DNA of 64,000 nucleotides from Paecilomyces variotii (Eukaryota): NCBI GenBank assembly GCA_004022145.1, contig RCNU01000004.1; one strand, 5' to 3'. Shown piece by piece: positions 61,830 to 64,000 of this stretch (position 1 is its first letter; each line of letters starts with the position of its first letter). The notes under the pieces were generated by a model. It saw only the letters and a program-made list of their open reading frames with translations, ran no database searches and was not told where the DNA came from. The position numbers and the translations under genes were made by a program.

Positions 61830-62762
61830 ATGACTCCGCGTAAAGCCCGCGAACGTCGTCCCAATCAGCACAATAACCACAGCCACCACCACCCCCTCCA
61901 GCAGTCTGCCACCATCCAGGCTTCTGACTATGAATCTGACAACGCCTATTACTGCTCCGATAACCAGCAACAACAAGTGCAGCCCATGTCGCTGCCTCCC
62001 ACGCGCTCCAATGAGGAGCTCAACCTGTCTGTCCTCCGCCGGCACGACCCCGCCATCAGCTCGATTCTTTCCCTCGCGCCCTACGCGGTCGTCTACATCT
62101 TCAGCCCGTCCACACGACAGTGGGAGAAGAGCGGAATCGAAGGCAGCATGTTCGTCTGCCAGTTGACTCAGGGCGATATCGGCGAGGAACGCTACAGCGT
62201 CTTCGTGCTGAACCGACGAGGACTGAACAATTTCGACGTCGACCTCACAGACGGCGAGAACGTCGAAATCACAGACGAATACGTCATTTTGAAAACCGAC
62301 GAGACAGATGAGAATGGTGGCGGCGGGAATGAATCCCGTATCTACGGTCTCTGGATCTACTCTGAACCGCCGCCCAACTCGACCGCGGAGACGCGGACAT
62401 TGAACGCTCAGGTCATTAAAGAATGTGCTGTCCACGCGGGGCAGAGTTTGAAGCTCGCACACGAGCGACTCGAGATCGAGCGGCAAAACGATATTCATGC
62501 CGTTGCTGAGCAAGAGGGCGTATATTCGAGCGTCCCTATGGACCGACAGGTGTCACTCAAGGATCTCTTTGGCCAGCAGAGAGCTCAGGATGACGGCTGG
62601 ACTGTTAGGATGCATAGTCCAGGACATGCAGAACCGCCGCAGGGACAGTTCTGGCCGCAACAAATGCAGGTGCCGATGCAGCCAGCACCGACGGGGGATG
62701 TACTCGGGGATTTGTTCCGAAGAGCTGGAGTGGCGTATCAGACGGGGCAGCGGACATCATAG
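61830..62762 (+). CDS. DCP1: mRNA decapping cofactor Dcp1 (EVH1-like)
   Basis: LNLSVLRRHDP, WEKSGIEGSMFV, VLNRRGLNNF and IYGLWI. Confidence 0.92.
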   Translation: MTPRKARERRPNQHNNHSHHHPLQQSATIQASDYESDNAYYCSDNQQQQVQPMSLPPTRSNEELNLSVLRRHDPAISSILSLAPYAVVYIFSPSTRQWEKSGIEGSMFVCQLTQGDIGEERYSVFVLNRRGLNNFDVDLTDGENVEITDEYVILKTDETDENGGGGNESRIYGLWIYSEPPPNSTAETRTLNAQVIKECAVHAGQSLKLAHERLEIERQNDIHAVAEQEGVYSSVPMDRQVSLKDLFGQQRAQDDGWTVRMHSPGHAEPPQGQFWPQQMQVPMQPAPTGDVLGDLFRRAGVAYQTGQRTS

Positions 62763-63009
62763 CTTCACATCATATCTCCCGCATGCTTTAGTCTTGGCTT
62801 CATCTTTTTTTGTCTTATCCCTTTTTCATATAAAAGAAGAGGACTAACTAGTATTGGGGAACCGGCTTGTAACTTTAGATACCCACTGAAGATGCTCACG
62901 AATGAATGAACGAATGAAAAAGATGAAATGCTTTGTTATCGTAGATCTATATATATACAATATAATGCCATATATTGGCAGCATTCCATGTTCCATATCT
63001 CCAAAGTAC

Positions 63010-64000
63010 TCATTCGAGCACAATATCTTTAATAAACCGCGCAACCTTACGCGCCATAATAGGACTATGCCCTACATATAAACATACGTCAGCCCAACCT
63101 TCTAGCAACCCCCACAACAAAGAAAGAGAAGAACCATGGGCCCAAAACTCACGAATACAAAAAGCATGCGGTATGCTATCCTCGCAGACAATCATGGTCG
63201 GACCATCCTTGCTACTACTACCCCCCCTCGACTCGATAATCTCATCGCGGGTACGCTCTGCAACCCAGTGATCGTTACGACCGAAGTAGAAGACGAGTCT
63301 GGATGGTGGCTTTCCTGCTCTGGAGGTGCCCCAGATGTCGTCGCTCCATTTGTCGCTTGTGATAGTGCGCATTTCGTCGGCGGCCATGTGTCTGGTTTTG
63401 ATTAGTTCTTTTTCTCGCTTTGTTCGTGTGCTTTGACAGAAAAGAAGAAGATAAGGGTAGGAAGGAGTAAAACATCGTTGAATGGGAACGAGTACTGGAA
63501 TCAATAAAGAAGATCACACATACAAAGCCTGTCTAACTCCACGCTCACTCTTGAGAAAGCTCAAGGTAGACTCAACGGCACTCGAAGGCGGATTGCCCAT
63601 GACCAGTCGAACCAAAGAGCGAAGAACCCAGTCAGGGAAAACAAAGGCGAGGACCTTGACGACCAGACTGGCGACTAGGGCGAGCTGAGGGATGAAATAG
63701 AGGAGCCACTGGGTGAAGATTCATAGATTAGTACAGCACATGTTATGATTTATCTCCATAGTAACAATATACAAAGCGGGTGTATATACATACCGTCAAC
63801 CTCTTTCCAGCAGCGGACTTTGCAATATCAATCACTGTCGGAAATAGCAGGACTGCGCCGACGATATCGAAGGGTCCTTCTTCTTCTGCTGCTTCACCGT
63901 CACCCATCTTCTCTTCCTCCCGATGTCTCCTCAGGATCTCCATAGCGATATATGCACCGACCGAGTGACCGATCAGAATCACTTTCTGCTTATTCGACTT
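63010..64000 (-). CDS. Lipid-droplet-associated serine hydrolase (LDAH/YPR147C-like), 5' end outside the window
   Basis: LIGHSVGAYI nucleophile elbow, LLFPTV, FGRNDHWV and PHAFCI; multi-exon. Confidence 0.8.

Noticed and set aside
61788..62513. 241-aa antisense ORF over DCP1 (likewise 12255-12929, 39579-40121, 58973-59506)
   Set aside because: Shadow ORFs opposite well-supported genes, explained by codon bias.

Overview
Eukaryotic, intron-containing DNA from a filamentous ascomycete. Gene content, short GT-AG introns with CTRAC branch sites and RIP-mutated transposons suggest a Eurotiales fungus (inference). The ORF track fragments most genes, so models were rebuilt by hand from splice signals. 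The conserved backbone is: YCF1-type ABC transporter, VMS1/ANKZF1, MEK1-like FHA kinase (frameshifted here), a Myb/SANT-like protein, S1/P1 nuclease, AP-2 mu, ERF4, a DUF4203/TM198-like membrane protein, RIM1, STE3, a conserved hypothetical membrane protein, an OCRL-like inositol 5-phosphatase, DCP1 and a partial lipid-droplet hydrolase. An accessory island (~26.7-37 kb) holds a Fot1/pogo MITE, its RIP-killed autonomous partner and four gene relics (GNAT, Nudix, threonine aldolase, a copy of the nuclease 3' end). Among these sit three intact genes: a Zn2Cys6 factor divergently paired with a diverged cofilin, and a Tri101-like O-acetyltransferase whose promoter shares CGG-rich words with the TF/cofilin promoter. 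This trio is the best candidate for an undescribed system, possibly an inducible resistance module against an actin-targeting toxin (hypothesis). The first ~7.7 kb has no recognisable gene but carries a foldback-like Tc1/mariner-type element with a nested solo LTR.
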